The translations under genes and the position numbers were made by a program. DNA of 61,623 bases, from the IMG/VR virus record IMGVR_UViG_3300002219_000044, positions 1 to 61,623 of that record. One strand, 5' to 3'. A model generated the notes under the pieces. That model had not been told where the DNA came from, searched no databases, and saw nothing but the letters and a program-made list of their open reading frames with translations. The DNA is from a virus (lineage: Duplodnaviria; Caudoviricetes). Of the stretch, positions 38,345-48,035 are shown one piece after another; the first letter of the stretch is position 1; every line of letters begins with the position of its first letter.

Positions 38345-40216
38345 TTATTTAATAAGCCGGGGCTGTCCCGCAATGCGCCGCGCCGCGCCCGTCGGGCAGA
38401 AATCCCAGGTCACAAGCCACAGATCAATTTCTTGCTGCGCCACGGTCAGAATGTACGGCTCGTTTCCGTCTGCCGTGTCTCTCGGCTTAACCAGCGCCCC
38501 GGAAGTGACCAGATCGTCCAGGATCTCCTTCGTCAGGCGGGTAAGGCCGGCTTTGGTAAGGCCGTCCGGCTCGAATTTCATGTAGGCAGCCGCCTCGACA
38601 AACCGATGATCGATATAGTTTGCGATTCGGTTCACCCAAATGAACCGGCTGTAATTCTGCTTGTAGTGAATTGTCAGCGCGTCATCGATCACCGCGCCGC
38701 CGCTGTCGCCGCTGATAACCGGGTTAATCCGGGCATCGTAGAAATCGTCTCGGTTGATGACATCTTCCGAGAACAAGGGCGCCACATTCGTCCGGCTCAA
38801 TTTGGCCCGGTTGATGCCAGCCGGGGCATAGTGGATGCCAGGCGTTGCGCCGGAATAATTGGCGTTGCCGATAGCACAGGCCGCAACGGCCGCACCGGAA
38901 GCGCCCCACACGGTTTTTCCGTCATACCAGCGATCCCTTGCGGAAAACGGGCAGTAGTAGGCAGCCGCCTGACGGCTCTCAAGCCCGGTTCCCCTGATCC
39001 ATGCAATCGCCGCATCGGATTGAAGGTTCGGGTTGACATCGAAGAAAAACGAACAGTGGCGTTCTTCGGCAATTTCAATGCAGTTTGCCAGCACGGCCGC
39101 ATCGTAGTTGCCAGCAGCAAACATGAGGTCGCAACTGAAAGTCTCGTTGCGGAACAGATCCCAGGCGTCGATGAAGTCAGCCGCTTCCGGATCGGTTCCG
39201 TTCGTGCCGCCGGCAAATGCGGTTTTCAGTCCGTACTTCAAGGAGGGCTGAATAGTCGCCCAGGTCAGGTCTTCGTCAATATTGCACCGGAAACGGTCGC
39301 TGTTTTGCTCCAGCGCCGTTTCAATGAAGGCCGGCCTGCCAAGGTCGTCTTTGTCGTCCGGATTCAGGCCCACGGAATAGGTTTCAAGAACGTATTCGTC
39401 TCCGTTTTCGTCCTTGTCGTAGATGTTGACCGTGAACCGTTCGTCGTATTCACCCCTGTAGACTTTCCAGTTGGTTCCGGGAATCGCCAGCGTCGGCGCT
39501 TCTTCCGCCACAGACGTATGGGCTTTTATACAGATCAGGCTTCCATCGGTCACGGTAACCACGTCATTGATCAAGTAGTCCGTCGCCCCGGCCCACGCGC
39601 CTTTTTCGGTGATCACGTTTGCGATCTCCACAGATCGGTTCGTGCTCGGATCTCCATCGATAGGCCAGATCTCCATGACGTAACCGGCGCCCAGGGACAA
39701 GGCCGTCCCATAGGGGTGTCCGTCCGCATCAGAGGTCTGCCCGATTTCCATGGTGGTGGTGAATACGGCCCAGTTCGTTTCGTTCGGCGGATCGTTTTCT
39801 TCGCTGGCAGTATGACCCAGGATGCAGATGTACTTCACTTCATTCAGCTCAACAACATCGCCCTCAACATACCCATGGCCGGATGACCACGCGCCATGAT
39901 CGTCAATCAGCTTGACCAGCATGGACGGGTACCGCGCATCGCTTTTGACCACGCGGACCACATTGACGTAATCGCATTCCTTGGCCGCATCGGCCAGGTG
40001 CCGGAGTCCTTCCATGTTGGAAGAGCGCCGGGAAAGCGGAGTTCCGAAAATGTCCTCCCAGTTGTCGTCTCGCACCTGCGTAACGACTCCGACCGGGCCC
40101 TTACTGGCTACCAGTGCGGTAACGCCCACGGAGACCGGACCGCCGCCCGTCTTGAAGGTGTTGTCAATCAGCCGCAGAACGGTGATTTCGGCGGCATTCG
40201 TGATTGTTGATTTCAT
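38345..40216 (-). CDS. Tail sheath protein with two CBM-like inserts
   Basis: KGPVG, FAGGTNG, APAG.NR, RINPV, FEPD. Confidence 0.85.
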   Translation of the reverse strand: MKSTITNAAEITVLRLIDNTFKTGGGPVSVGVTALVASKGPVGVVTQVRDDNWEDIFGTPLSRRSSNMEGLRHLADAAKECDYVNVVRVVKSDARYPSMLVKLIDDHGAWSSGHGYVEGDVVELNEVKYICILGHTASEENDPPNETNWAVFTTTMEIGQTSDADGHPYGTALSLGAGYVMEIWPIDGDPSTNRSVEIANVITEKGAWAGATDYLINDVVTVTDGSLICIKAHTSVAEEAPTLAIPGTNWKVYRGEYDERFTVNIYDKDENGDEYVLETYSVGLNPDDKDDLGRPAFIETALEQNSDRFRCNIDEDLTWATIQPSLKYGLKTAFAGGTNGTDPEAADFIDAWDLFRNETFSCDLMFAAGNYDAAVLANCIEIAEERHCSFFFDVNPNLQSDAAIAWIRGTGLESRQAAAYYCPFSARDRWYDGKTVWGASGAAVAACAIGNANYSGATPGIHYAPAGINRAKLSRTNVAPLFSEDVINRDDFYDARINPVISGDSGGAVIDDALTIHYKQNYSRFIWVNRIANYIDHRFVEAAAYMKFEPDGLTKAGLTRLTKEILDDLVTSGALVKPRDTADGNEPYILTVAQQEIDLWLVTWDFCPTGAARRIAGQPRLIK

Positions 40217-40615
40217 TTATTTTTTCCCCTTTTTCTTGGATTTCGGCTTGCTGGCTGCCGGTTCCGTTTCGTCCGGTTCCTTTTCGTCCGGTTCCTTTTC
40301 GCCAGCGGCCCCGGTTTCTGCCGGTTCCGTTTCATCCGGTCCCGTATCTGCCGGTTCCGTTTCGCCGGTGGCCCCGGTTTCGTCCGGTTTGTCGGCTTCT
40401 TTTTCAGCGTCCGGCGTCTCTGGCACGGCTTCCACCGGTTTGCCTGGCAAGCAAACCACAGCGGGATGCCGCTTTTTTATGTGCGCCAGCACGTCATTGA
40501 CATACTTGGCCGGAACATCGACGGTCACGGCCGACCGGCCCGGAATGTCCAGGGAAAAGCCCCTGTATCTCCGGCTCACGCCCGACACGCTGCTATTCTC
40601 GAATCTGATTTTCAA
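40217..40615 (-). CDS. Hypothetical protein with low-complexity PDETEPAETG tail
   Basis: AGGAGG RBS; tandem degenerate repeats at ~40255-40390. Confidence 0.6.
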   Translation of the reverse strand: MKIRFENSSVSGVSRRYRGFSLDIPGRSAVTVDVPAKYVNDVLAHIKKRHPAVVCLPGKPVEAVPETPDAEKEADKPDETGATGETEPADTGPDETEPAETGAAGEKEPDEKEPDETEPAASKPKSKKKGKK

Positions 40616-40642
40616 AAGAACCTCCTTGGTGGCTTTTATTGT

Positions 40643-40676
40643 GGGTCAGGGAGCGCCGGTTAGCACTCCCTGACCC
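40643..40676 (-). terminator. Hairpin after major capsid gene
   Basis: GGGTCAGGGAG...CTCCCTGACCC; no U-tract. Confidence 0.45.
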
Positions 40677-40694
40677 AGGGGGGAGGAAAGTGGT

Positions 40695-42302
40695 TTATTC
40701 CGTGTCGGTGATAACCAGCTCCATGAAATACTCGCGTCCGTCAAACGGGTTGAGGTCGCGGTAAGCCAGTTCCCACAGGGTATTTTCGTACTTGAGATCA
40801 CTCTGCATGGCGTGTTTGAAGGCCATCGCGGGGATCGCGTCGCCGGCGACATACCCGGCCTCGCCGATGCCGCGGCCCTTGGCGAAGCAAAGGCTACTGT
40901 AATCGGTGGCTCTCTGAGGATCTTCGTACACGTCCCACATGCCGAACAGCCGACCGATAAAATGCGGCTGAGGAATCCGGACATATCCCGGAATCGGCGT
41001 AAAGTTGGGTTCTTTCATGCTCTTGAACACGGTTGCCGATTTGGAATCAGCCACGATGCCGACCAGGCCGGACTTGCCGGTCTGAGCCATGAGCGCCGTG
41101 TCGACCTCCAGAAGGGTCTGCCGCACCGTCTCATAGTGCTCCTGGAAGTAGATGTCTCCGACAAGGTGCATGTTCCAAGACTTCTGCCCCTTCATGTAAA
41201 AGTACATGTCGGACAGGTGCTTGCGGTCCTTGTCGGCCGCCAGAAGGTTCCGCATGGCAAGCATGGCCATGGAATCGGCATTCATGTTGAACTCACGCCG
41301 CAGGCCCCAAAGAGACTGCAGGGTCGTGCTCGCCTCAATGGCCGCCTCATGGGGGTACAGGGTCCGGGAATCCATCTCGTGATTGATCGCCGGGATCAGA
41401 GTCGGATCTTTCTCGATGTCGATATCCACGCCGACATGGACTTCAATGCCGTTTGCCGGAGCCGTGGAAAAGACGGGGTGAACGATGCCGCTTGCGTAGT
41501 TGACCGTGCCGGTTACCGTAATCGTGGTTTCTCCAACGACAAAGCTGCCGTGCAGGGCGGATATGCCGTCATCCACGGCTACCAGGTCGCGGTCGTGGTA
41601 GACCTTGATGGATTTTTTCTTGAAAGGCCGTACCGATCCCCACTTGGTATTGGAATTCAGGTCGAACTCGGCCGCGGATCCGGTATCCTCTCCATCTCCG
41701 GTTCCGGTCAGGAATCGCTGATCCATGCTGGAATACTGCCCGGAAAAATTGTGGTCAATCCGGTCGCCGACGGTAAGGTCGCCGAAGGTGCTTGCCGCAA
41801 CGCGGTGGACCTTGAATATCTCGCTCTGGTTGAACGTGCCGGGAATGTGCGTAACGATATTGCCAGTCACCGACATCAGCATGGCGGGAAGAATCAGGGC
41901 GATCATTCGATCTCGCATGAGGATGCCCTCGGTGGTGGAAATATTGGCCGCTTCCAGAACCATGCCGCTGACTTCCTGCCGTCCGCGCCCAGCGGATGCG
42001 AATATGGCGTTATCGATTGCCTGATAGACGGATGCCAGAAGCTCGTCGGAAGGCATGTGGCCCCGCTGTTCGTAAAACAGCCGCAAGGCATTCGAACCGG
42101 TCGCCTGGACCATCGGCCCGCCTTTGCCAATACTTTCGAAGATCGTTCCCTTTGTCGCCGCCTCCAGACAATCCGCCCGCGCCTTCCTGTCGCTGATGAA
42201 CCTGCCGGTTCCCTGATCCAGCACCGGAAAAAGCAGCGCGTTTTTCATGTGGGCCGCCTTGTCGTTGATCGACTTTACTCGTTCGCTGTATTTTGCTTTC
42301 AT
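40695..42302 (-). CDS. Major capsid protein, P1 gp23-like
   Basis: 535 aa, first gene of late operon; DIEKDP.LIP, GEAGYVAGDAIP. Confidence 0.75.
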   Translation of the reverse strand: MKAKYSERVKSINDKAAHMKNALLFPVLDQGTGRFISDRKARADCLEAATKGTIFESIGKGGPMVQATGSNALRLFYEQRGHMPSDELLASVYQAIDNAIFASAGRGRQEVSGMVLEAANISTTEGILMRDRMIALILPAMLMSVTGNIVTHIPGTFNQSEIFKVHRVAASTFGDLTVGDRIDHNFSGQYSSMDQRFLTGTGDGEDTGSAAEFDLNSNTKWGSVRPFKKKSIKVYHDRDLVAVDDGISALHGSFVVGETTITVTGTVNYASGIVHPVFSTAPANGIEVHVGVDIDIEKDPTLIPAINHEMDSRTLYPHEAAIEASTTLQSLWGLRREFNMNADSMAMLAMRNLLAADKDRKHLSDMYFYMKGQKSWNMHLVGDIYFQEHYETVRQTLLEVDTALMAQTGKSGLVGIVADSKSATVFKSMKEPNFTPIPGYVRIPQPHFIGRLFGMWDVYEDPQRATDYSSLCFAKGRGIGEAGYVAGDAIPAMAFKHAMQSDLKYENTLWELAYRDLNPFDGREYFMELVITDTE

Positions 42303-42367
42303 TCCCTTCGCCTCCGTAAAAAAATGTTTGGTTTCGCAAAACTCAATGGTTTTGCCCTGTTACTGCG

Positions 42368-42441
42368 AGGATAGGGAACGGCCGGAGTTGAGTAAATGAC
42401 CCAAAAGCGGACCTTTTGGACCTAAAAACGGACCTTTCGGT
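42368..42441 (-). promoter_or_regulatory. Late promoter copy 2
   Basis: Same 52-bp element as 5025-5076; TTTACT-17 bp-TATCCT. Confidence 0.7.
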
Positions 42442-42448
42442 CAAAATG

Positions 42449-42492
42449 AAAAAAAAGAAGGCCGGCAAACCGTCTTTCAGGTTTGCCGGCCA
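42449..42492 (-). terminator. Intrinsic terminator
   Basis: GGCCGGCAAACC stem followed by T-rich tract on minus strand. Confidence 0.75.
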
Positions 42493-42524
42493 GGGCAGGG
42501 GTAGGCGGGAATGGTAGGCTTGTC

Positions 42525-42716
42525 TTACTCTATCTGTTCATTGTCAATCGCGGTCCGGGCATTGGCCTGTATCTCATCCACAACTCCATCCGACACCGCT
42601 TGAACGAATTCCTGCATCCAGTTGCCGGCATCCCGGCCGTTGGCCGTAGTGTCGAAGCCGAGCGCTGCCAGGTTGGCAATGATCCGGGCTTTCAAACTGC
42701 TTTTATCTAACGCCAT
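42525..42716 (-). CDS. Small tail-spike-associated protein
   Basis: MALDKSSLK..VVDEIQANA; follows spike gene. Confidence 0.6.
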   Translation of the reverse strand: MALDKSSLKARIIANLAALGFDTTANGRDAGNWMQEFVQAVSDGVVDEIQANARTAIDNEQIE

Positions 42717-42719
42717 CTG

Positions 42720-43508
42720 TTATCCTTTCGATGCTGTGACGTTGATCGAATAGTCGGAATGCGGTTTCCCTGTGAACGGGCATATGCAGTCTTGCGTCAC
42801 CACTCCGCTCAGATCAGCAGATCCTCCATCGATGTCGACGCCGGCCATGGAGGTCAACTCCGTCTTGCCGGCCACATTGACCCGTGCGCCGCCCTCTATG
42901 ATAGCTCTCAGGTTTTCCATGGCGGATGCAAAGATGTTCTTTTCGCCGTGGAGGGTGATATCTCCCACGGCTGATACCCTGACAGCCGTACCTGTGGCCC
43001 GCTGCGTGATCGTGAGGGAATGATCCTCGTTGATCTCTACCGTGACGCCGTGCTGCGTAAAGACGCCCGCTGCGTGATACTCGGCCGCCGTGGGCCCGGG
43101 TTCTTCTCCGGTGGTTTTGTGTACCAGCTTTTCGGGTCCGGCAAACGATTCGTGCGGGAAATTGGGAACGCTCCCGGGCGCGTAATGCACCGCGCCGGTG
43201 ATACGGGGTCTGCGGGGATCGCCGCCATACGGATAATCAACCCATACCCAATCGCCGACATCGACCGGGGTAAAGTATCCGTCATTGGCTCGGACCCCGG
43301 CCGGAAGTTTGTACTCGGCCCATGGCAGATCCTTCGTCTGAACCATCGCGGTATGGATCACCGCATCCCGGACCTGCACACGCATAAGGCGGTCGGGATC
43401 ATCAATGCACTCAACTTGTCCGACATGCTCCCCGTAGACCCGGTCCTGTCGCTGTTGTTGCCTCAAACTTTCGTCGCTCATAGTGGAAGAACTCCCTTGA
43501 CTCTGCAC
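42720..43508 (-). CDS. Baseplate spike (gpV/gp5-like)
   Basis: DDPDRLMRVQV, LPWA, VGDWVWV..GGDPRRP; C-terminal CPFTGKPH. Confidence 0.85.
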   Translation of the reverse strand: MQSQGSSSTMSDESLRQQQRQDRVYGEHVGQVECIDDPDRLMRVQVRDAVIHTAMVQTKDLPWAEYKLPAGVRANDGYFTPVDVGDWVWVDYPYGGDPRRPRITGAVHYAPGSVPNFPHESFAGPEKLVHKTTGEEPGPTAAEYHAAGVFTQHGVTVEINEDHSLTITQRATGTAVRVSAVGDITLHGEKNIFASAMENLRAIIEGGARVNVAGKTELTSMAGVDIDGGSADLSGVVTQDCICPFTGKPHSDYSINVTASKG

Positions 43509-44479
43509 AGATATTTCTGCGTTGCGTAATGGTGCGCCACAGTGCCGATGATCACCTGTTCCGGAAGACTTTCGTCAATGGGCGCGTCGAGCTTGGCGGT
43601 ATTCCATTTCAGTGCCAGCGGAATACCGGGCATAAGCTGGCCGTTGCCCAATGCCGTGTAATCGATAGCAGGGTAGGGCATTTCAACCAGGTTCCGCAAT
43701 GCCGCCAGACTGGAAACCGAAACATATTCCGGTGGGTCTTGTGTCTTTTTGCCCGACTTGATCACGCCGTCAACCATGTGCCAGCCGATCAGGTGCCGGT
43801 TCACGCGGTCCTGCAATACGGCCTTGGTGTTCAATCGCGTGTAGTGGACTATCTGATTGGCCGCGGCCGGGTTGTCATATTCATACGAATATTCCACCTT
43901 CTGCACGGCCAAATCCTGAGCCAATTTCCGGAATACCAGCGTCCCGCGCCGATAAAAGCAGACGGCCCCTTTTTCGGCCGCCATTTGACGGAGTAAGCGG
44001 GTAGGGCGCTCGCCCGGCAACAAATGGGCATTGTCCGCAACGGGGAATGCGCCCACGTCATATTTCAGGCCGGGCGCCAGCTTTTTCAGGATGGTTTCCA
44101 CGGGCTTCTTGGTGAACAGGATCGCTTGTTTTGCGGGCTGTTTCAACCTGTCGACATCGGCCTGCATACAGTTCAATGTGACGATGTTTCCGGCATTCGG
44201 CATGGTCCAGACGGTGAACATGATCGTCTGATCCGTCCCGTCCCGCGCCCAGGCGTCGGCAATGCGGATCTTGAGCGCGTCTCTTGTCCTGACTCCCATA
44301 TCGTCCCGGATGATGGAATGCGGATCGTCAAAGGTCATCATCAACCGCGGCCCTGACAGATCCATGGTCTCGATGAGGGTTGCCGATTTGAGAAACGACA
44401 GATCGAACGAGGCGGCTTCCTTCCCGTCCCGGATCAGAATTACTTTTTGGATGAGGTAGTCTTCCTGTTTATCAGCCAT
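43478..44479 (-). CDS. Baseplate hub protein, P1 gp6-like
   Basis: LIETMDLSGPRL; upstream of spike. Confidence 0.6.
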   Translation of the reverse strand: MADKQEDYLIQKVILIRDGKEAASFDLSFLKSATLIETMDLSGPRLMMTFDDPHSIIRDDMGVRTRDALKIRIADAWARDGTDQTIMFTVWTMPNAGNIVTLNCMQADVDRLKQPAKQAILFTKKPVETILKKLAPGLKYDVGAFPVADNAHLLPGERPTRLLRQMAAEKGAVCFYRRGTLVFRKLAQDLAVQKVEYSYEYDNPAAANQIVHYTRLNTKAVLQDRVNRHLIGWHMVDGVIKSGKKTQDPPEYVSVSSLAALRNLVEMPYPAIDYTALGNGQLMPGIPLALKWNTAKLDAPIDESLPEQVIIGTVAHHYATQKYLCRVKGVLPL

Positions 44480-45212
44480 TGACGGGCGCTCCGCTTTCAT
44501 AATCCAGGTAGTTTGTCAACGCGCCGTTAATCGTGATCTCTTCGGGTGCAATCGCGCCAGCTCCGAAAATTACGTCCGTTGCAATCTGCAGGCCGGTGGA
44601 CACGGCGTAAACCCGGCTTGCGTCCTGTCCCGGCGGAATGCTTTCGTCGGCAAACAGCGGGGCTTTGTGGTCCAGCAGGTAGGCGGGAATCTCGAACGTG
44701 TCCGTTTCGCCTATCTGGTAGAGGCAGGGGAACTTGTCGTTCAGGGCTGAATAGGCGTACCAGGCCAGTTGGAGCTTGTCCAGGGTCGGCTTATCCCACG
44801 CCAGAAAATACAACTTGAAATCCAGCGTCAACGGCAACACCACAAACTTGTAGGCGTTGCCAAGGGTGCCGTCTTCCAGCTCGGCGAACATGAACTTGCC
44901 GCGCCGGGTAACCTCCCTCCCATCTCCGCTTGTCATGCCGGGCTTGCGAAAATAGTAGATCAATGGCAGCTCCAGCGGGTTCAGCTTCGCGCCGGCCGCG
45001 GTGCTTTGCGCCGCCTGCGCCGCCCGGTACGCCTTGACGAACTCGGCCGGGCTGTCCGCATCGTGCCGATATACCTGCCTGGAAACCGGCCGGGAAAGAA
45101 ACTCCCGGAACGCTTTCGGCCCCGCCTGATCATTCAGGCCGGACAGGGCCCCGGCGATAAACGCGCCCAAGGCGAAATCAACCGCCTGCAGCTCGGAAAA
45201 TTCGTTGCTCAT
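44472..45212 (-). CDS. Tail completion protein, P1 gp24-like
   Basis: Size and gene order; LPLIYYFR. Confidence 0.5.
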   Translation of the reverse strand: MSNEFSELQAVDFALGAFIAGALSGLNDQAGPKAFREFLSRPVSRQVYRHDADSPAEFVKAYRAAQAAQSTAAGAKLNPLELPLIYYFRKPGMTSGDGREVTRRGKFMFAELEDGTLGNAYKFVVLPLTLDFKLYFLAWDKPTLDKLQLAWYAYSALNDKFPCLYQIGETDTFEIPAYLLDHKAPLFADESIPPGQDASRVYAVSTGLQIATDVIFGAGAIAPEEITINGALTNYLDYESGAPVNG

Positions 45213-45535
45213 CGTGTCTCTGCCCTCTCTTTTTCTCCGGCTTCCCGGAGCGCATGGTGCAGCCGCATTAATGCGTTGAAAGCAATCTGCGCCAGGTGAT
45301 AGCACCCGGTTTCAGGATCTTTCGCCAATGGGTCAAGCTGGCTGGCCCGGTTATGCCGCATCATGCCGTCGAAAAACCGCCGCGATGAACTCTTGAACGG
45401 TTTTAGACAGTTGAAAGTTTCATATTTTTTCTCGCCCGCCGCGTAAACGTCTGCCAGCGGTTCCAGTATTTCCAGCGGCATCGCATACCAAGGCTGTTTA
45501 CCTGCATCGAACTTTAACCCTTCTTCTTCTCTCAA
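45209..45535 (-). CDS. dATP/dGTP diphosphohydrolase-like (DUF5664)
   Basis: GLKFDAGK..W, GEKKY, DPETGCYHLAQIAFN. Confidence 0.75.
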   Translation of the reverse strand: MREEEGLKFDAGKQPWYAMPLEILEPLADVYAAGEKKYETFNCLKPFKSSSRRFFDGMMRHNRASQLDPLAKDPETGCYHLAQIAFNALMRLHHALREAGEKERAETR

Positions 45536-45536
45536 C

Positions 45537-46352
45537 TTAAAACGCCTCCATGGTGGTAAATCGTGTTTCCTCCGACCAATCCGACCATACTTCCGTTTCG
45601 CCTTCGAGATCTCCGGCCGCGCCCCGGTATCTCACCCGCCAGAAATAGTCGGATCCGGGCGCCAGAATTCCGGCCGGAAGGGTATGCGTCCGGAGATCCG
45701 TGCAGGCCTCGCTGTCATGGACAGGATCATCGTAGGCCCCGGCATCCGTCCGGACCTGCCACTGGCTCTTGGTGTGCGTATCGTCGGTCCCGTGAACAAC
45801 AAACTCGCCGGCCGCCAGCGTCGGCGTCTCTCCGATGTCCGCCGCTTCATCCGCCGGGCTTTCAGCAACCGGCGCTTCAATGTATTCGAAGTCGAAAGCC
45901 TGGAAGGGTACGCAGTAGTGCTTTTCACACGCGCCCGGAGCTTCCCCTATGATTTCGCTTCTCATGACGTACAGGGAAACCGCCCGGAGATCCGTATCGT
46001 TGATAAATTCCCGGTACTGAACAATGCTCTGCTTCGGCACAGAGGGATCGCCGATCAATAAAACGACCGGCTGATCGGCGTTCCCGTCCGGCTCTCCGCC
46101 CGCATCCACAGACCCGAAAGGGAATTCATCCGGGATCTGAACGACCTTGACGATTGCCGGGTCCTGGTATTCCAGCGCCCTTTCCTCCGCCTCCAGCGCC
46201 CCTACCACGTCGGTATTTACGGCCGTTTTCTCGGGCGAATCCTGATCCGGCTTGAACAGCAACGCCTCGAATGCGTCCGGATGATTCCGCACATACACCA
46301 TGAAATCATCTGCCATGGCCCGGCTAAAATCCCTGTAGTCTCTTGTCTTCAT
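45537..46352 (-). CDS. Neck/tail protein (P1 gp7-like) with C-terminal FN3-like domain
   Basis: PDAFEALLF; YFWRVRYRG..WSDWS. Confidence 0.55.
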   Translation of the reverse strand: MKTRDYRDFSRAMADDFMVYVRNHPDAFEALLFKPDQDSPEKTAVNTDVVGALEAEERALEYQDPAIVKVVQIPDEFPFGSVDAGGEPDGNADQPVVLLIGDPSVPKQSIVQYREFINDTDLRAVSLYVMRSEIIGEAPGACEKHYCVPFQAFDFEYIEAPVAESPADEAADIGETPTLAAGEFVVHGTDDTHTKSQWQVRTDAGAYDDPVHDSEACTDLRTHTLPAGILAPGSDYFWRVRYRGAAGDLEGETEVWSDWSEETRFTTMEAF

Positions 46353-46362
46353 CCCGCCCGCC

Positions 46363-47556
46363 TCATATGTTGATTTTCTTAGCCATTTCCTGCGCCTGTT
46401 TCATGCCGATCTTGCTTTCCTCCGCATACGCCCTGATCGCATCGGCCCGGCTCATCTTGTCCCGGTACACTTTTATGGCAAGCCCGGTAGCCATCTTCTG
46501 CACGGCCACGTCGCTTTCCAGCCTTCGCCGCCTTTCAATCTCCGCCTTTGCCACCTTCTCGGCCACGGTCCCTTTGCCTGTAATGTCTGCCATCTTTGCC
46601 GCCGTTTTCTTTCGTGTTTTGCCGCTTAACATGCTCTTGAGCTTTTTGGCGAATCCCTCCCGCGCCCGCGTGAGATCCCGGAAAGCCTTTTGAATGCTCG
46701 CATCGCCGCTGACCTCAGAGGCTTTCAGCTCATCGCCGCCCATGAAGGTTTCGGTCGGGCGCTCCCCGTGCAGAAGCCGGCTGAACCAGCCCTTTTTCTT
46801 GGCCTGAGCCTGCATTTCCTTGGCGATCTGATTTTGCACGAACGGCATTTGCAGGACCGCCAGGGTCTTCAATACATGCTTACAGCAACAGCCCTGCAGC
46901 TTCGGGTTCCGGATCTTCGGAAAGGCGTGTTCTTTCGGGTCCAGCGCAAACCCGCCAATCGTCGCCAGATACCGGTACCAGTATTGATGCCGGCCGCAAT
47001 CGCAATCAAACGACACCCGGCCCCGGGTTACCTTGACCGCCGCCGGCAAATAAGAATCGCCCGTGCCGGCCCTCGCTTCGTGCTCCCAGTCTTCCAGCCG
47101 GATCTTGGCCTGGTGATACTGGTGCTGGCTGTCGGAACTGGCCTTGGCCCGGAACAGGAGAATTGACCCATCGAACTTGTAGAGGGTCGAATTGGCTATC
47201 AGTTTGGCCCGCGTCACATCTATCGGCCGGGATGCCGCAACCAGGCTTGCCACGGGAACGCCGCGGGAGGCCGTGTCAAACTTTGACTCGGCCCGCTCCA
47301 TGGACTTGGCCATCTTGTTGAGGTCGGCCAGGGTGTAAGATATTTTACCGCCCCGGGCCCCAAAATCAAGCACAAGATTCTGCTTGCCGCTTTTCGTGAT
47401 TTGCCGGCGCCGCCGCAAAAGGTCCGGCGTAAGGAAGGCGTCGCGCCGATCCGCTTGACGGTGGGCGCTTTTCTTCGTCCAGACCTTCTTGAAGACCCGC
47501 TCGAACTGTTTGAATTCGTCTTTTTTCTTATCGCCGAACAGACCGAAAAATGCCAT
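46363..47556 (-). CDS. P1 gp25-like protein with SWIM-type Zn finger
   Basis: FDCDCGRHQYWYRY..PKIRNP..CCKH. Confidence 0.65.
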   Translation of the reverse strand: MAFFGLFGDKKKDEFKQFERVFKKVWTKKSAHRQADRRDAFLTPDLLRRRRQITKSGKQNLVLDFGARGGKISYTLADLNKMAKSMERAESKFDTASRGVPVASLVAASRPIDVTRAKLIANSTLYKFDGSILLFRAKASSDSQHQYHQAKIRLEDWEHEARAGTGDSYLPAAVKVTRGRVSFDCDCGRHQYWYRYLATIGGFALDPKEHAFPKIRNPKLQGCCCKHVLKTLAVLQMPFVQNQIAKEMQAQAKKKGWFSRLLHGERPTETFMGGDELKASEVSGDASIQKAFRDLTRAREGFAKKLKSMLSGKTRKKTAAKMADITGKGTVAEKVAKAEIERRRRLESDVAVQKMATGLAIKVYRDKMSRADAIRAYAEESKIGMKQAQEMAKKINI

Positions 47557-47564
47557 GGCTATGT

Positions 47565-48032
47565 TTATTTGCCTTTGCTGTCATAAATAGTTTGAGAATT
47601 GGAAATTTTCTCGTCCATTATCTTCACCAGCGAGGCCAGGCCATTTTTAAATCTCTCAATGTTTTTTATTTCGCTGCTGTCTTTTGCGAGCCCAATATCA
47701 CCTATCCCGCGAAACGCCATAAAGTCATTGACAACAGCCAACAAATCGACTTCGGCCAGGAGAGGGTTTCCTTGGCATATCTCTGGCCAAAAAATAAGAT
47801 AAATGGCTTGGCCTCTGGATGCAGCCTCAGACAATTGATCCTCACAATCGTCCGGAATATCAGCTTCTATACCATTATCAAGACAGCCTCTCAGGCTATC
47901 AACGATAGCCTGTTCAAAATAAATTTCTGCCAAACCTTTAACAGCAATATTTGCCCGTGCAACTTTTTCAATTTCGTCTATATCGTAGCAGTAGAAACTT
48001 TCTTCTGAAGTTGCGTCCTTAACTTTTGCCAT
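47565..48032 (-). CDS. AT-rich acidic hypothetical protein (moron-like)
   Basis: GAGGA RBS; visibly lower GC than neighbours. Confidence 0.6.
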   Translation of the reverse strand: MAKVKDATSEESFYCYDIDEIEKVARANIAVKGLAEIYFEQAIVDSLRGCLDNGIEADIPDDCEDQLSEAASRGQAIYLIFWPEICQGNPLLAEVDLLAVVNDFMAFRGIGDIGLAKDSSEIKNIERFKNGLASLVKIMDEKISNSQTIYDSKGK

Positions 48033-48035
48033 TGT

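Noticed and set aside
40255-40390. Functional DNA tandem repeat
   Set aside because: Explained by a low-complexity protein tail
30252-44479. Tailocin, eCIS or T6SS
   Set aside because: Capsid, portal, terminase and replication genes are present, so it is a phage
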